DNA of 63,512 bases, counting the filler, from Basidiobolus meristosporus CBS 931.73 (taxonomy: Eukaryota; Fungi; Basidiobolomycota), in the NCBI GenBank assembly GCA_002104905.1. It is 4 parts of 4 records of this genome, joined end to end, with 100 filler letters (N's around TTAATTAATTAA, not from the genome) between each part and the next. Parts side by side here need not be neighbours in the genome. Positions count along the whole stretch, not along the records: positions 1 to 28,321 come from MCFE01000886.1; 3 more parts are not named here. One strand, given 5' to 3'. Positions 1-12,351 of this stretch are shown here, piece by piece; position 1 is the first letter of the stretch; every line of letters begins with the position of its first letter. The notes beneath the pieces are model-generated. The model was not told where the DNA came from. It searched no databases and saw only the letters and a list, made by a program, of their open reading frames with translations. A program made the translations under genes and the position numbers.

Positions 1-605
1 TACTACATCAGTAAAGAGACTGCAAAGCTCACAAGAATCCAATCTAAGTTCTACAAGAAACTACCACTTTTCTGTCGGAAAAGTCCCCTCTAAGAAACCC
101 CTTTACTCTAAAGACACCTTTAGAGACCCCTTTACTCTCAAGAAGCCCCTTTAGGCACCCCTTTAGTGTAAAGTCCACTTTAGAGACCACTACAAGAAGC
201 CCCTTTACTCTAAAGACACCCCTTTAGACACCCCTTTAGGTCTAAAGACCCCTTTAGAGACTTCTACAACACACCCCTTTAGGTTAAAGGGGAGTTCAGA
301 ATTTCCATATTAGGAAATATTTTCTCAGAAAGGAAAGTGACTTCCAAATAAGGAAAAGTTACTATAAAAGTAAATAAGCCCATTAGTTGACAGAAGGTCA
401 GAACACTGCTGTAGAAGTGATAAACACTGCCTACAGTATACTTTGAGCCCAAGATTGAGGAAATTAGTGAAAGTTATATCTTCTATCAGTATATCAAACT
501 CCCAATAAACTATTTCAGTATTAGCATACTGGAAGTTGTTGTATATTGTTGATTAGCCTCTACATTGTAGAACAAGCCCCAAACTAATCATAATACAACA
601 CAACA
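1..605 (-). mobile_element. LTR family A, partial, inverted relative to the copy at 17499-18770; continues off the left edge of the window
   Basis: 1-605 is the reverse complement of 17499-18177. It ends ...CAACACAACA at 605, followed by ATTC. Confidence 0.85.
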
Positions 606-1550
606 ATTCTTTTACTTGCAAAAGGCTCTGGTGGTGGAGGCTCTTCATGTGGGTCATCATCAGTCAGTTCACCAGAAGAAACTTGCTGATGGTCATGTGT
701 AATGGCACATGCAGATGCAACTTGATGTGCTAGCATGGCCCTTGGCTGGGCTTGATGTGATGCGGCTTGTTGACGTAACTTGGCCTGCTCCAATGGACTT
801 GTGTCTTTTTGAGTAGTCTGGCAAGTTCTGGTGGTTTTGCTCTGAAGCATGCACATTGACCCAACATGTGTTGACTCAATGTGGGGCACTCTTGTGAAGG
901 GTGTTGGCATAGTTTGGACTGATGGCACCAGCACCCTGAAGTTGCAAGGAATGGTAAGGAATCCAGCGAGGCATGCTGGCGCAATCTAGAAGCTGTTGCT
1001 TGCTGTCTGTATTCTTCCTCTTGAAGCTCACCTTTGCATTCCTCATGGTATTCACTTACCCTCTGTCTGATACTTTGGAGCTGTTGCATGGATGAGTCTT
1101 GTGTATATTGCTCTTGGCAGCCACTTAGCTATACTGGTATATCACGTAATACATTAGTCATTGGAGGCAAAAACTCATTCAAGATCTCTTTGGTTCCCAA
1201 AGTCAAGGCACAAACAGACGCGTCTGGCCCATACTGAGCAAACTGCGTGCAAGATTGTTCCTGCATAGCTTCCGCATCAAATCCCCTCACTCTCAGCTCA
1301 TTCTGGACTTCAATACTTGTCTTGATATATATCTTCTTACATGCATCCGCTGGAATCTTGATGTAAAACTCATGCCACAGATTTCTACTCAGGTTCTTTC
1401 ATCTCTGTTGACTCTCCAAGGGATCTAGTCCTGCCAGATTAATGGGTAGTGCCCAAATATTTGTATGAAGACTTATCATAAACACTTGGGCAAAACTGAA
1501 ATCATATGGCAAGAACTCAAACTGATCCAACATCAACTTTTCCGGTCTGG
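606..1550 (-). pseudogene. Decayed ORF of unclassified repeat 'family B', copy 1
   Basis: Colinear with ~17097-17498 plus ~18771-19300. Interrupted minus-strand frames (e.g. NLWHEFYIKIP...ELRVRGFDAEAM...HWSRPSYV). No domain recognised. Confidence 0.55.
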
Positions 1551-2621
1551 TGTAGTGGGGTGACAGTGACACCCACTGACAGATGTGCTCATTCCTCTAT
1601 TTTCTACTTCCCTATATCTCTTCTACATTTATATTAGTTTTATCACATTTGTCTAACCTGATCAGTACTATCCCATAAGCTGGTTGACTATCACACCTGC
1701 TTACCTTATTGCATAAGTTATCCCTCACTTTATGTAAGATTACTAGCTGTAAGTACTTCTATATTAGGCAAGTACCTGTGCCAGTACCTGTGACACATAA
1801 TCAACCTGTGTCACCATCCCTACCATTTTCATACCATATATGGTATCCCTATGTTACACAGGTTTCAGAAAACTGATTCCTGATTGGTTGGATGTGCTGT
1901 GCCACTTAGAATCTTCTGGCACCTACTTAGAACATTCTAAGGTCATTCTGATGTCATTAAGATTTCTATTGATATCCAGAACCTTCTGGAACACTATGAT
2001 TAGTAATGACTTAGCCAGTAAGAAAAGTATATAAGGGAGGCTATCCCCCAACAATAAACCATCACCCCTTTTATCAATATACCAACTTGTTGATTAGTGT
2101 AACCACTGCTACCTGCTGCTACCTGAGCTTCCCACCCCAGACCACAGGACACTCCCAGGAAACCATGCTGACAGCCAAGTGACCTTGGAGGCACTACTTG
2201 TGAGGAATACTCAGAGTAGGTATTTTTTATTATATTTGATTCTTTCCCAAGTTTGTTCTTGTACAGGCAAAGATACTTTTCTGTCTTTGTAACTATTGAC
2301 CACAGCTGCATTCTTATCAAGTCCCTGCTGGTGGAGTTTACAGTTGTTTTGACTTTGAAAGCTTTAGTACATTGTCATCTCAAAGGATGCTGAACCCAGC
2401 ACATACTTTTGTTAAGATGCCAACTAGGTTGGGGATTGTAGCTCAATAGTTTTCCCTTGACAAGCTTGTGGCTTTATTCCCCTTCATATTAGATTAGAGA
2501 CAGAGCCCAAGTATTCCTAGCACGCTTTTGCCAGAGGTTATCACACCCAGTGAACACCCCACACACAAAACATTTGAGAAGTGTTGGATGTATCTCTCCC
2601 TTGGACATATACACCACCACA
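1551..2621 (+). mobile_element. 5' LTR (family C, 1071 bp) of Gypsy-1
   Basis: Termini TGTAGTGGGG...ACACCACCACA. Near-identical to 52383-53453 and homologous to the inverted copy at 14638-15716. Followed by a PBS. Confidence 0.92.
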
Positions 2622-2625
2622 TATT

Positions 2626-2643
2626 TGGCACCCAACATGGGGG
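2626..2643 (+). promoter_or_regulatory. Primer-binding site, tRNA-Lys type, CpG-decayed
   Basis: TGGCACCCAACATGGGGG versus the Lys1,2-type PBS TGGCGCCCAACGTGGGGC. Two of the three differences are CG>CA. It starts after a 4-nt spacer (TATT) following the LTR end. Confidence 0.7.
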
Positions 2644-2761
2644 GTTCATACAAGCTCCCCAGGACCCAACAAGATTTACCAGAAGATTTGAGCTGTTATC
2701 CACTTATTGAAAAGAGACTACCAATTTTATCAAGATTACAACACCAACCTACCTGCCTAAA

Positions 2762-5700
2762 ATGAATTATATGCCATTACCACTCTCACATGGAGCCCCA
2801 CAGTTTGATGAAAAGGATGAGGAAAGCTTCATATTCAAATGGGAGAAGCTCTGCAAGATGTGCATCCTACATGATCAAGAAATGGCTGAAGACTTCCCCT
2901 ACTACTGCACCAATGATATTACCTCTAAGCTTCTCAGACAAGGAGACATTCTAACAGACTGGGCCTTAATAAAGACCTACCTACATACCAAGTATGGTAG
3001 ACCCCTGATATACTATGGAATTGAAGACCTCAGACACTTTGGAAGGACTGGAATTTCCAAGCTACCACTTGAAGAGTTCATTCTGTTGTAAGAGTCTTGG
3101 AGATATTGGAAGTGATTGGGAGAACAAGTAGATTATGTGGTTTTCACTTAATGATTTATTGAATGTAAAAGTAGTATTTATACTTTTACCTGGTCTTGGC
3201 ATAACAAACACGTAGAATAGGCTAAGGAAGGTCCCAAGAACATGTGTGGAAAGTTTGGGGCTGTTTGGACAACTTTGAGAATTTTCATGTACTGGGTACC
3301 AGGTATTTTGGTGAGAATATTCCAAGTGAATCCCAACAAGAAATTGGGTCAGTATTCTCTAGGGTTTGAAGGTAATGTTCTAAGTGACTAAGTTATGTGA
3401 ATATTTAGGTGGAAATACAAATTTTTACAACACATTCAACAGTATGAAGATATGGCCAAGCCACTCCTAGAGTCCCAGGCTATAACTGAGTTTACCACAA
3501 CACTTTACCTTGCACAAGGGCTTCCCCAGGACTTGGCAAGGAGGGTTGACTTACATGCAGCCAAGGATGACATGTCTGGCATTCCTTGCTTTGCAGAGAT
3601 GAAACATGTTCTCCTAGAGGCAAAGTAAATTTGACCATTATGAGACTACTGACATCTAATCTGCCAAACCAGTCAACCAAGAAGCCAAGGAGTGCTGTTG
3701 CTGACAGTCAGACCTGCACTACCAGCAGAATAGACCAACTTGCTGAACAGCTACAAAAGCTAGCCCTCAAGATTAATGGCTCAGCTGAAGTAGCTGCTGA
3801 GGGCCAAAGACCTTTGCCCAGACACTGAATCTGGTGTGACTCTACTCAGCATGCCAGACAAGAATGCTCAGAGCTTAGTCAGCTACTTAGAGAAGGAACA
3901 GTACAGTTTGATGCTGATGAAATACTTGCTGACAAGGAAGGAGGAAGGATTCCCACTAATTCCTGAAGAGGAGGAATGAGTGCTCTTTTCCAGAAATCTG
4001 ACTCAGCAACTGGAAAGATCACTGTTGATGCCCCTATTGGGACTCATAAAGTGAATCCAAGCAGCCCTGACAACAGATAATACAAAGTTGATGCCTGTGC
4101 TAATAAAAGACACCTCCCTGAAGAACCTGCAAACCCATCCTTAGAAGACCACAATTTGAAGAACCTGAAGTTGTCATAGACAAGAGGCCTGGTATGCTGC
4201 CCACCCAAGTTCCATTACCTCACTTTCAGATGACCTCAATGATAGCAAGCTACTCAAGCCCTCAACTGATTACTGAGAAGCTGCTGAAACAGAACCTCAC
4301 TTTGCTGGTTAGAGAAATCATGAGTGTATCCCCATCTGAGCGGCTTATTACAAGACAACAAGCTGTTGAACATATGGACACCCATATACTTCAGACAAGT
4401 CATGAAGACCACCAAGAGGATGACAGTACTACTGGATACAAGACCTTTACTCAGTTGCAATTGCTGTAGTGAAAGGATACATATATGATGACCCTGTTGA
4501 CTACCATATTAACAATGGCTCAGAGATTTGTGTTACACCGCTAGACTTCTGGAAGTCACTTAGAAGCAAGGACCTACAGTCTGTTGATAGAGATATTGGA
4601 TGGAACATGACTGATGCAAACACAGGATCTAGTCCACTCTATGGTGTAGTACACAAGTTCCCTATTGAGATACAAGGAATCAAGGTCTGGCTTCCCCTCT
4701 TCATCTACCAGAAGGCAAACTTTGACCTTCTGCTAGGTAGGCCAGGGGAAACCAGTACCAAGGCTACACCTACCAACTATTCAGATGGGCCAGAATGGTA
4801 CACCATGCAAGGATTGAACCCAGGACTACAGTCAACCTTCTCAGGTGTAACACCCAATAATAAGAGGACACATACTGCTTGCCAAAATACACATCTTGTT
4901 ACAGAAGAAGATGAGGAGCCTGACAATATGCACCCCAACATTTGGAGCTGCTCACAAGGTATACAGGAGCAGACAGCTATGGTTCAAAGAAAATACAAGA
5001 CAGTAGAACAGAAGATTAAACCATCACTTACACCTTTGGCTGATGGATCTTGACCTGCTGATTACATTAGACCACCAGAAGAAACACCAGAAGATATACA
5101 ACTTACACCTGAGAGACTTAAGCAACTTATCATTGGTAATGGAAACCTAACATTATAGGATAAACTATTATTTGAAGAAACCTTGAAAAGGCATGATAAG
5201 GTCTTCTACTAAAATGACAAGGAGATGCAACTCTTAAAGAGATTGGTTGAAAAACCTATCAAGATTCATACAGTGCCCCACACACCCCAACCATTTAAGC
5301 CTTACCCACTGCCAAGAGGACTCCAAGCTGATGTGCATGACCTACTTAAGAAGAAGATAAAAGCTGGTATTCTAGAACCTTGCCATGGACCTTATGCTAA
5401 CAGATGGTTTGTGACCAGAAAGTAGAATGGAAAGCTCCAATTCATTCAGGACATGCAACCTGCAAATGCTGTCACTATCAGAGATGCTGCTATTCCTCCA
5501 TCTATTGATGACTTTGCAGAAAGCTTTAGTGGCCACTCCATCTACTCAACATACAATCTCTACTCAGGATACAACTAGATCCCCCTTGATGAGACATCAA
5601 GAGATATGTTTGCACTACAGACGCCATTTGGACTGTTGAGGATGACAAGACTCAGCCAAGGGGCTACAAACTCCATGGCTTAGTTCCAGAGATGCATGGT

Positions 5701-7268
5701 GAATGTGCTGTACCAGTTTATACCTGAGAAACTTGCTGTCTTTGTTGATGGCATAGGCATCAAAGGACCAAAAATTTGGGTCACCACTGAAGTTATGCCT
5801 GGAGTAGGAAAGTTTGTCTATGACCATATTTCAGACAATGATGCCATATTAGGAGCCATTGCAGAAGCTGGACTCACCATCAGTGGTGAGAAAAGCAGCT
5901 TTTGTGTATCAGAGATATCCATTGTTGGACAAAAATGCAACACCTTTGGTTGTTCACCTGGAGACTCCAGGACACAAAAGATATGCAACTAGCCTACCCC
6001 CACAAATCTAACACAGGCTTGTGGCTTTGTGGTAGCTTGTGGGTTCTTTAGGATCTGGATCCCAAGATTTTCTGAGATAGCAGAGCCAATCTATCAACTA
6101 CAGAGAAAGAATACCCCATTTATTTGGGGAGAAGAGCAAGAAGAAGCCATGCAATTACCAAAAGAGGCCTTAGTATTTCCACCAGTTCTGAGACCTCTTG
6201 ACTATCAGAACACTGAATGCCCACCTATTTTGACAGTGGATGCACGCCCTATAGGAGCTGGAGCGCTACTTGGCCAAGATGATGAATATGGCAACTACTA
6301 TGCCTGCAGATATGAGAGCTGCCTATTCTCTCCTAAAGAACAAAGATACTCACAGATTAAGAGAGAGCTACTAGGAGTTGTGAAGATGCTGAGGAAGCTG
6401 AAGTCACATCTCTATATGACACATTTCATCCTGGAGACAGATGCCAAGCCACTTATAGGAATGATCAACAAGCCTGACCTCCCTGATGATGCCACAAACC
6501 AATGAATGGCATTGCTAAAAATGTCTGACTTTGACATCAAACATATCCCTGGCAAGACAAATGTTGTGGCTGATGCACTCTCCAGGAAGGGACCGCAATT
6601 ATTTGAAGAGTTGGACCCTGACTTTGATGATATGATTGATGCAGAGATCTGACAGATTGCCATCAACAACCAAGAGATAACTACCTGTAGTCTGCTCAAG
6701 GAATATCTAAGGACACTCAAGAAACCTAGTTGGATGGAAATTCAGGAGTATAGAAAACTCAGAAAGAAGGCACACCACTACTATCTCAAAGATGGTCTTC
6801 TCTTTAAGCAAGTGAAGTCTGGGCTTATGCCAAGAAGAGTAGTCACCACCCTACAAGAGCAACTGAACATCATGACAAGTATCCACCAAGGAGAACCAGG
6901 AGGACATGGAGGACAAGAAGCCACCTACAACACCATAGCTCAGAGGTACTACTGGGAAAACATGTACTATGATATCCAACACTTTGTTGAGTCATGTGTA
7001 GCCTGCCAGAAGTGATCCTCCAAGCATTAGGAAGAACCACTGCATCCTACTTACACAATCTGTCTATGGCAAAAGGTTGGTATTGACCTTGTCCACATGC
7101 CAACAGCAGGATTGAAAAAGTACCTGATTGTTGCTAGAGATAACCTTAGTGGATGGGCAGAGGCTTGAGCCTTGCACAACAACAAGTGCAATACCATAGG
7201 GAGATTTATACTTGAAGACATTACCTGCAGATTTGGCTTCATCCAACAGTTTGTTGCAGACAGAGGAT
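2762..7268 (+). pseudogene. Ty3/Gypsy gag-pol (Gypsy-1), multiply disrupted and 3'-truncated within integrase
   Basis: Order is gag (degenerate knuckle IWCDSTQHARQEC), PR (INNGSEIC), RT (GPYANRWF...FVDGIGIKG), RNase H (TVDA...ETDAKPL...HIPGKTNVVADALSR), IN (H..GH.G..T...YYW..MY.DIQHFVESC..CQ). Many stops; abuts CACTA sequence at ~7270. Confidence 0.92.
3084..3432 (-). mobile_element. Solo Copia LTR (family J, 349 bp) inserted in Gypsy-1 gag
   Basis: TGTTG...CAACA termini with an exact 5-bp TSD CATTC (3079-3083 and 3433-3437). Homologous to the LTRs at 51206, 52261-53683 and 62135-62483. Confidence 0.92.
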
Positions 7269-7289
7269 AAATGACATCCCAAATTCCTA

Positions 7290-9777
7290 CAAAAAAGTTG
7301 CCACTTCTGCCATGAATACCTCCTGAATATCAGCAAAGAAATTCTTGGTATTTAGCCAATATATTCCTTCTCCCTGCTGGATTCTAGTCCCCCTTATAGG
7401 TGTGCTCTGGCTTTTGTTTGTGTGAATTCCATATTGAATGGTGTAGAAGTTAGTTTGTGACCATGAGAAATCTGGCATATCTTGGTGCAGTTTTCCTGAT
7501 CAAAATTAGTTGTTTGTTGCACCCAACCCAATTTTGCAGTACTCAACTGATTACCCATGCATTGGGGCTGCTTAGCTTCTTAATGCCATAGGCATAGGTG
7601 TCTCCATGCACAAATTTGTCCTCAGTATTTTCCAACATTTCCTGGCTGTCCTCCATGCGCCATCTAATCACATGCATCACAGACTTGAAGGTAATATTCT
7701 TGATGAGATTGGGATATGGTTGTACCTGCAACTTGACTTGTCTTCCTATCTCCCCACACATCTGCTCCATAGGAAATTCCTAAAAGGTGAAGCAACACCC
7801 AATATTCTCCACACAACATGCAAGATGGAGTAGAGAATGGATACAGTAGCAGCAGAGATCTATGTGCTCAGCTTTATGCTTGTATTATAGCCACTCAAAT
7901 CCTTTCACAAACTCCTCACACAATAGCTGTAGATGCGTCAAGTTGGCATTGGTGATCCACTTCTAGATAAATATTCCTACAATGTCCACATATGACTCCC
8001 AGTGCTTCCAGTTTACTCTTGGTAGGAATGGCTTCAGAACACCACTTGAATAAATACTTGTCCAGTTCATCCAGTCTTTGCATTTGTATTGTTGCATATG
8101 CATATGAATATTAATTGGAGCCCATCAGAAGTACTAAGGGTAGCAGATACTCTGTAATATCTTGCCAATTCTTTCAAATTTCTCCAGTATCTAATAGGGC
8201 TCATTTAGCCTGAAATGCCCCATGTACAACTTAGTCATCAGTATATGGATATTGTTGAAAAGCAAATGCATTGCTCCCAGTGGAAAGCTTTTGCTCCAAC
8301 AAATACCCTCTATGTTCAGTATCTCTGGTTTCTGATTGATTCCATATTCCGGCCAATGGCTTATAGATTGCCAACTTTGCTGCAATTGCATGCTTACTAC
8401 TGTATGTTCTCTCTGTGGAAAGATGATGTTCTTATTGCTGGTGATTGGGTAATATTAATGTGTGTGAGTTATGGAGTAAGTCCTCTGGATCTCACACATT
8501 TGACAGCAATACCATCCATTGTGCCCAGAAAAACCTGCTATCTTCATGATGGCTGCAGTATCTCCAATGCAGATAATAATATGCACATTTACATGATGGC
8601 CATTTACTGTTATCCCACTGAAAAGCATACAAAACTCATCCAGCATTGGATACAGGTAGCTATCCAGGTTGGACGGTGATTTAGGATAAGATACCAGTGA
8701 GACTACCATCAGATTATTGCTCTGATACTGTAAGATGGGAGGCAGATTCAGATTGATGAGAATCAGTGGTCAGCAGGATTTGCTGATAGAGTACTTGTTT
8801 GATGAGCATCCATCAAGTGCTAAAGCAAAGGCATGGTCATACATACCTTCAAAGTACCCCCTGCTTCTTAGCTGTTTGTAAAGTATACCATCAAATATAT
8901 TGGATATGTTTGGGCTTGATTGATACTGAGTGAGGAACTGCATAGCTTTGCAATATTTGTTGGACTGCATCAGCTTCCTCAGATGGGGTATGACTGAAAT
9001 AAATCTGGAGTGTGAACAATGTTTTCCCTCAATGGTGGTGAATTCCTTACAACTTGGGCACGTTGCAATGGTAGCGTTTCTAGATGTGAATGCCATGCAA
9101 CTGTTAACACATGCTGGAATCAGGAGAGTCTCTGGATCATATGTTGCCAGCCACATGACAGTTGTCCACTTGTACCATGTACATGGTAAGTTGCATCCCA
9201 GTATGATTTTAGCAAGAAGTAATATTAAATCCTCAATGCCCCCATTACTAATATTAGTGGAAACGTGCCACTTCTCTAGCCAAAACATTACATCATTCAC
9301 CAGTAGATGGATTACTGGGCTCACTGGGCCCCATAAGGTATCCTTGGCATTTGTTTTAACAGGTGTTGTCACATTGCATATAGGGATTTGACCAGGCTCA
9401 TATGTGGTACTGTTGTTAGAGGAGATAGGCTCAAAATTCATCAGTGAACCTTCTTTGTTAGTGCTATCACTCTCTGTGCCGTATTCTGAAGGCTGAGGTG
9501 AGCCTAAAGGCATCACAAACTCACCTGACTCAGTTTGCACAAGGTGACAAAGATGGCCAGGTGCCAATATAGAAGTATCAACTTGCCGGCAAGATAATGT
9601 TGGTACAGTGGTGACCAATGAATGGTCAAATATGACTTGGGTGGCAAACCACCGGCCATGATCCTTGTAATACTTTCTATGCTGTCTGTGTGCTTCATGG
9701 ATGAGAGGCTTGCCACAATAGCCACATGGTCTTTTTTCTCTTCTTTTACAACATTGAGTCAAAGTAGTCTTGTCCAT
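7290..9777 (-). pseudogene. En/Spm Tnp2-family transposase, frameshifted
   Basis: Motifs ACVNSCMAF..CPxC, NIFDG..Y..L..RGYF...FALALDG, P.NLDSYLYPMLDE, GD.AAI.KIAGFSGHNG..CC.MC, MHLL.NN, and MEQMCG.IG..VK....PY.NL. Confidence 0.88.
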
Positions 9778-9999
9778 GGGGCAAATAGTTTGCCCTTCAA
9801 CAACATAACATTATCATATAACTTTTTGGTCAATACTCATGTGAACTTAAGACAGTCTTGTATTTGAGACATTGCACCTACCTGAATGTAAGATTCAATG
9901 ATGACCTGCCATAGTAAGCATTGTAAATAAAGTTGTGGCACCACATACACACATATATATAACACTATTTCCCCTTTGTTTTGACTTGCTTCCATATAT

Positions 10000-10950
10000 G
10001 TGCCACCAAAAAATAAAGCCAAGTTGTCTAGTTATCAACCAAACCCCACCGCTGACAGCAACAGAAAAGCGGTTGGACAACAGCTTGCTTTGACATTCAG
10101 TGCAACAAGTGGGGCTACATCCAACAAAGGCCCCATGGACAGTGTACCCATTGAAGGTAATAATGCAGACTTGTCAGGCTGTAAGTCAAATAGGCAATTG
10201 AGAACCCCTGCAGAGCCACAAGATGACTGTTATGCTCAGGCAGATGAGAATGTAGCAAACGCAGTACCCTCTGTTGAAGATCAGCAAGTGGCCATGATAA
10301 CATTACCACCACCCATATTAGCAACTATGTTGTTGGCTCATACCAAAGCATTGATGAAGCAATTAGGTGCAGTGGCTGATAGGATAGATGCAATAGCCCA
10401 GAGAAATCAGGAAATAGTCCAGAAACAGGATGAGTGGATAATACGTTTAGATCAATCAGTATCCCAGGTAGAGAAAGCAGTATCTTTGCTGCAAAGAAGG
10501 AACTCAAGTAGCCCAATGACACAGCCAAGAATTGATCATTTCTCAATGTAGCAGCAGAAACACACCATAAAGTCTTTGAAGCACAACAGCAGTGCCCAAA
10601 GATAAAGCCCACAGAAAAACCTATCATAGCGTGGGAGGGTGACAATATGATGGTTATAATAAAGCCTAAAAATCAAAAGACATTGAAGATCCCTGAAGCC
10701 ACTGAGTGCAATAATGAAGAGTGGGCTAATATACAAGAGGCTGTTAGAAGTCTAGCATGCCATCACCTTTAAGCCAGCATACCATGGGACCATCAGGAAC
10801 TCAAGGCCAAGCAGATTGTACTTTACTTGTTCCATGAGTATCATCCTGGATTAAAACAGGCAAACAGATTTTGGGCCAGTATTGGTATGCTAAGAAAGTA
10901 TATTTAGAATAGCAAAACTATCAAAGGCAGAGTAACAAGGGTTCCATGGC
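10000..10950 (+). pseudogene. CACTA accessory ORF, divergent from the transposase (coiled-coil then helical domain), frameshifted after ~10545
   Basis: ORF 10000-10551 has a heptad-like segment (KQLGAVADRIDAIAQRNQEIVQK...). It continues in another frame (EWANIQEAVRSLA...PWDHQE...FHEYHPGLKQANRFW). A paralog lies at ~54830-55520. Confidence 0.6.
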
Positions 10951-11817
10951 TAAAAACCAGCAGCTTCCTGAAGAGCCTGTTACAAGCATGGCCAAAAGCT
11001 CCAGACAAGCATCAAAGAGATGTCAGGTAGCTGGAAGAGTGCCAATTAGGGACAAGCAGGCAGACACAGATGCACTAGCACAACATTTATCAAGGAAAAA
11101 GCATTGTACCACTCAAGAAGCACCCAGTCAAAGTAGCAGTGAAGGACCTGGCAGTGATAAAAACCAGCCGCTTTTACAGGAGCCCATCATAACTATGGTT
11201 GAGAGCTCAAAACAAGCAGAAATGAAATGTCAGGTTGCCAGGAGAGTGCCAGCAAGGAACAAGCAGGCTAAAACAGATGTGTCAGGGGATAATTTATCCA
11301 GGAGAAAATGTAGTTCTTTACAAGAAACACTCAGAAAAGTAGCAGTGAAAGATCTGGCAGCGATAAAGGAAAAGGTAAAGGGAAATATGTCTACCCAAGC
11401 CTGGGACAGGGAGGCATGTAAAAGAAACTGCAGTTCTTGCCAATTAATGCTGCATGCCAGGAACAAACCAAATCCCATCATAGCCAAGAAGAATTACCAA
11501 CAAGAAGATAGCTGTTTTCACAAGAGTTGGAAGAGCAGCAGGCTGAGCTACACTCCAGCAAGGTAGATGAGTTTGCTGAAAAAGGCAATTTTTCTACCAC
11601 AGCCTCCACAGCCCCTATTGTTGACAGAGTGAAGATCTCACTACAGAGAAGACTACAACGTCAAGAGCTCAAAAGACTATCACAATGCCTTCAGTGGAGT
11701 TTTGGAACATTAATAGGCACACCAAGAGGTTGCAGCACTTCTTCAAGAGCAGTGCTCAAGAAAATGCACTGGAATATTGCAAGGATTTATTGCAAAGACT
11801 GGCAGATGAGGAGCTAG
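10946..11817 (+). pseudogene. Low-complexity CACTA-internal ORFs with a ~70-aa tandem repeat
   Basis: KNQQLPEEPVTSMAKSSRQASKRCQVAGRVP.RDKQA.TD is repeated as KNQPLLQEPIITMVESSKQAEMKCQVARRVP.RNKQA.TD. The 3' part is also present at ~55540-55770. Confidence 0.5.
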
Positions 11818-12351
11818 ACCTTGCAGTGCCAGCTGAAGACCAGACATGTGGGAACTTGTGAACAAACAGTGGCATAAAGCTGTTGGGTTCCGGCCAAAGT
11901 TGTGGTACCAGAGTGTCACAGCAGAAATACTTATTGAGTGGTGGATTTTAATGGAGTTACTTGTTGAGTGTGCGGTTAGGCTCAATGCTAGTGTAGGGTA
12001 TAGAGACTTGTATAGATCAATACAATTGGCAACTGAGGTACAACAGAAGTTTCAACAGAAATAAATCAATTTATATGCATGAAAAGTAAGAGAAATGGTT
12101 GAGTCAGGAAGTAAGGGGTGTGAAAAAGAGGCAATAGCCAATCAACTTACACAAATGTAGGAGGTAATACAGTGTCAATCTGGCACTGTAAACAGGCTGG
12201 CGCTATGTGGCACTATCCAACAGTACAAGTCTATTCTAACTTGGTAATATGGTAGTGAGGTGCGTGTTTGTTTAGCAAACGGTTCACATAACCAATTGGG
12301 TGTAATTCCCTAGGCTGGTGGTACTGTCCCAGTACAGCGCCTATACTAGTG

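Larger units (their letters stand above)
7270..12351 (-). mobile_element. En/Spm (CACTA) DNA transposon copy 1, left end lost
   Basis: Tnp2-type transposase remnants. The right terminus ...CAGCGCCTATACTAGTG (reverse complement CACTAGTATAGGCGCTG) at 12335-12351 interrupts the RNase H of Gypsy-D. Confidence 0.8.

Noticed and set aside
2000-2320. ORF MIRMQLWSIV..., repeated at 52880-53152
   Set aside because: It lies within LTR C on the antisense strand. Its recurrence reflects LTR identity, not coding conservation.
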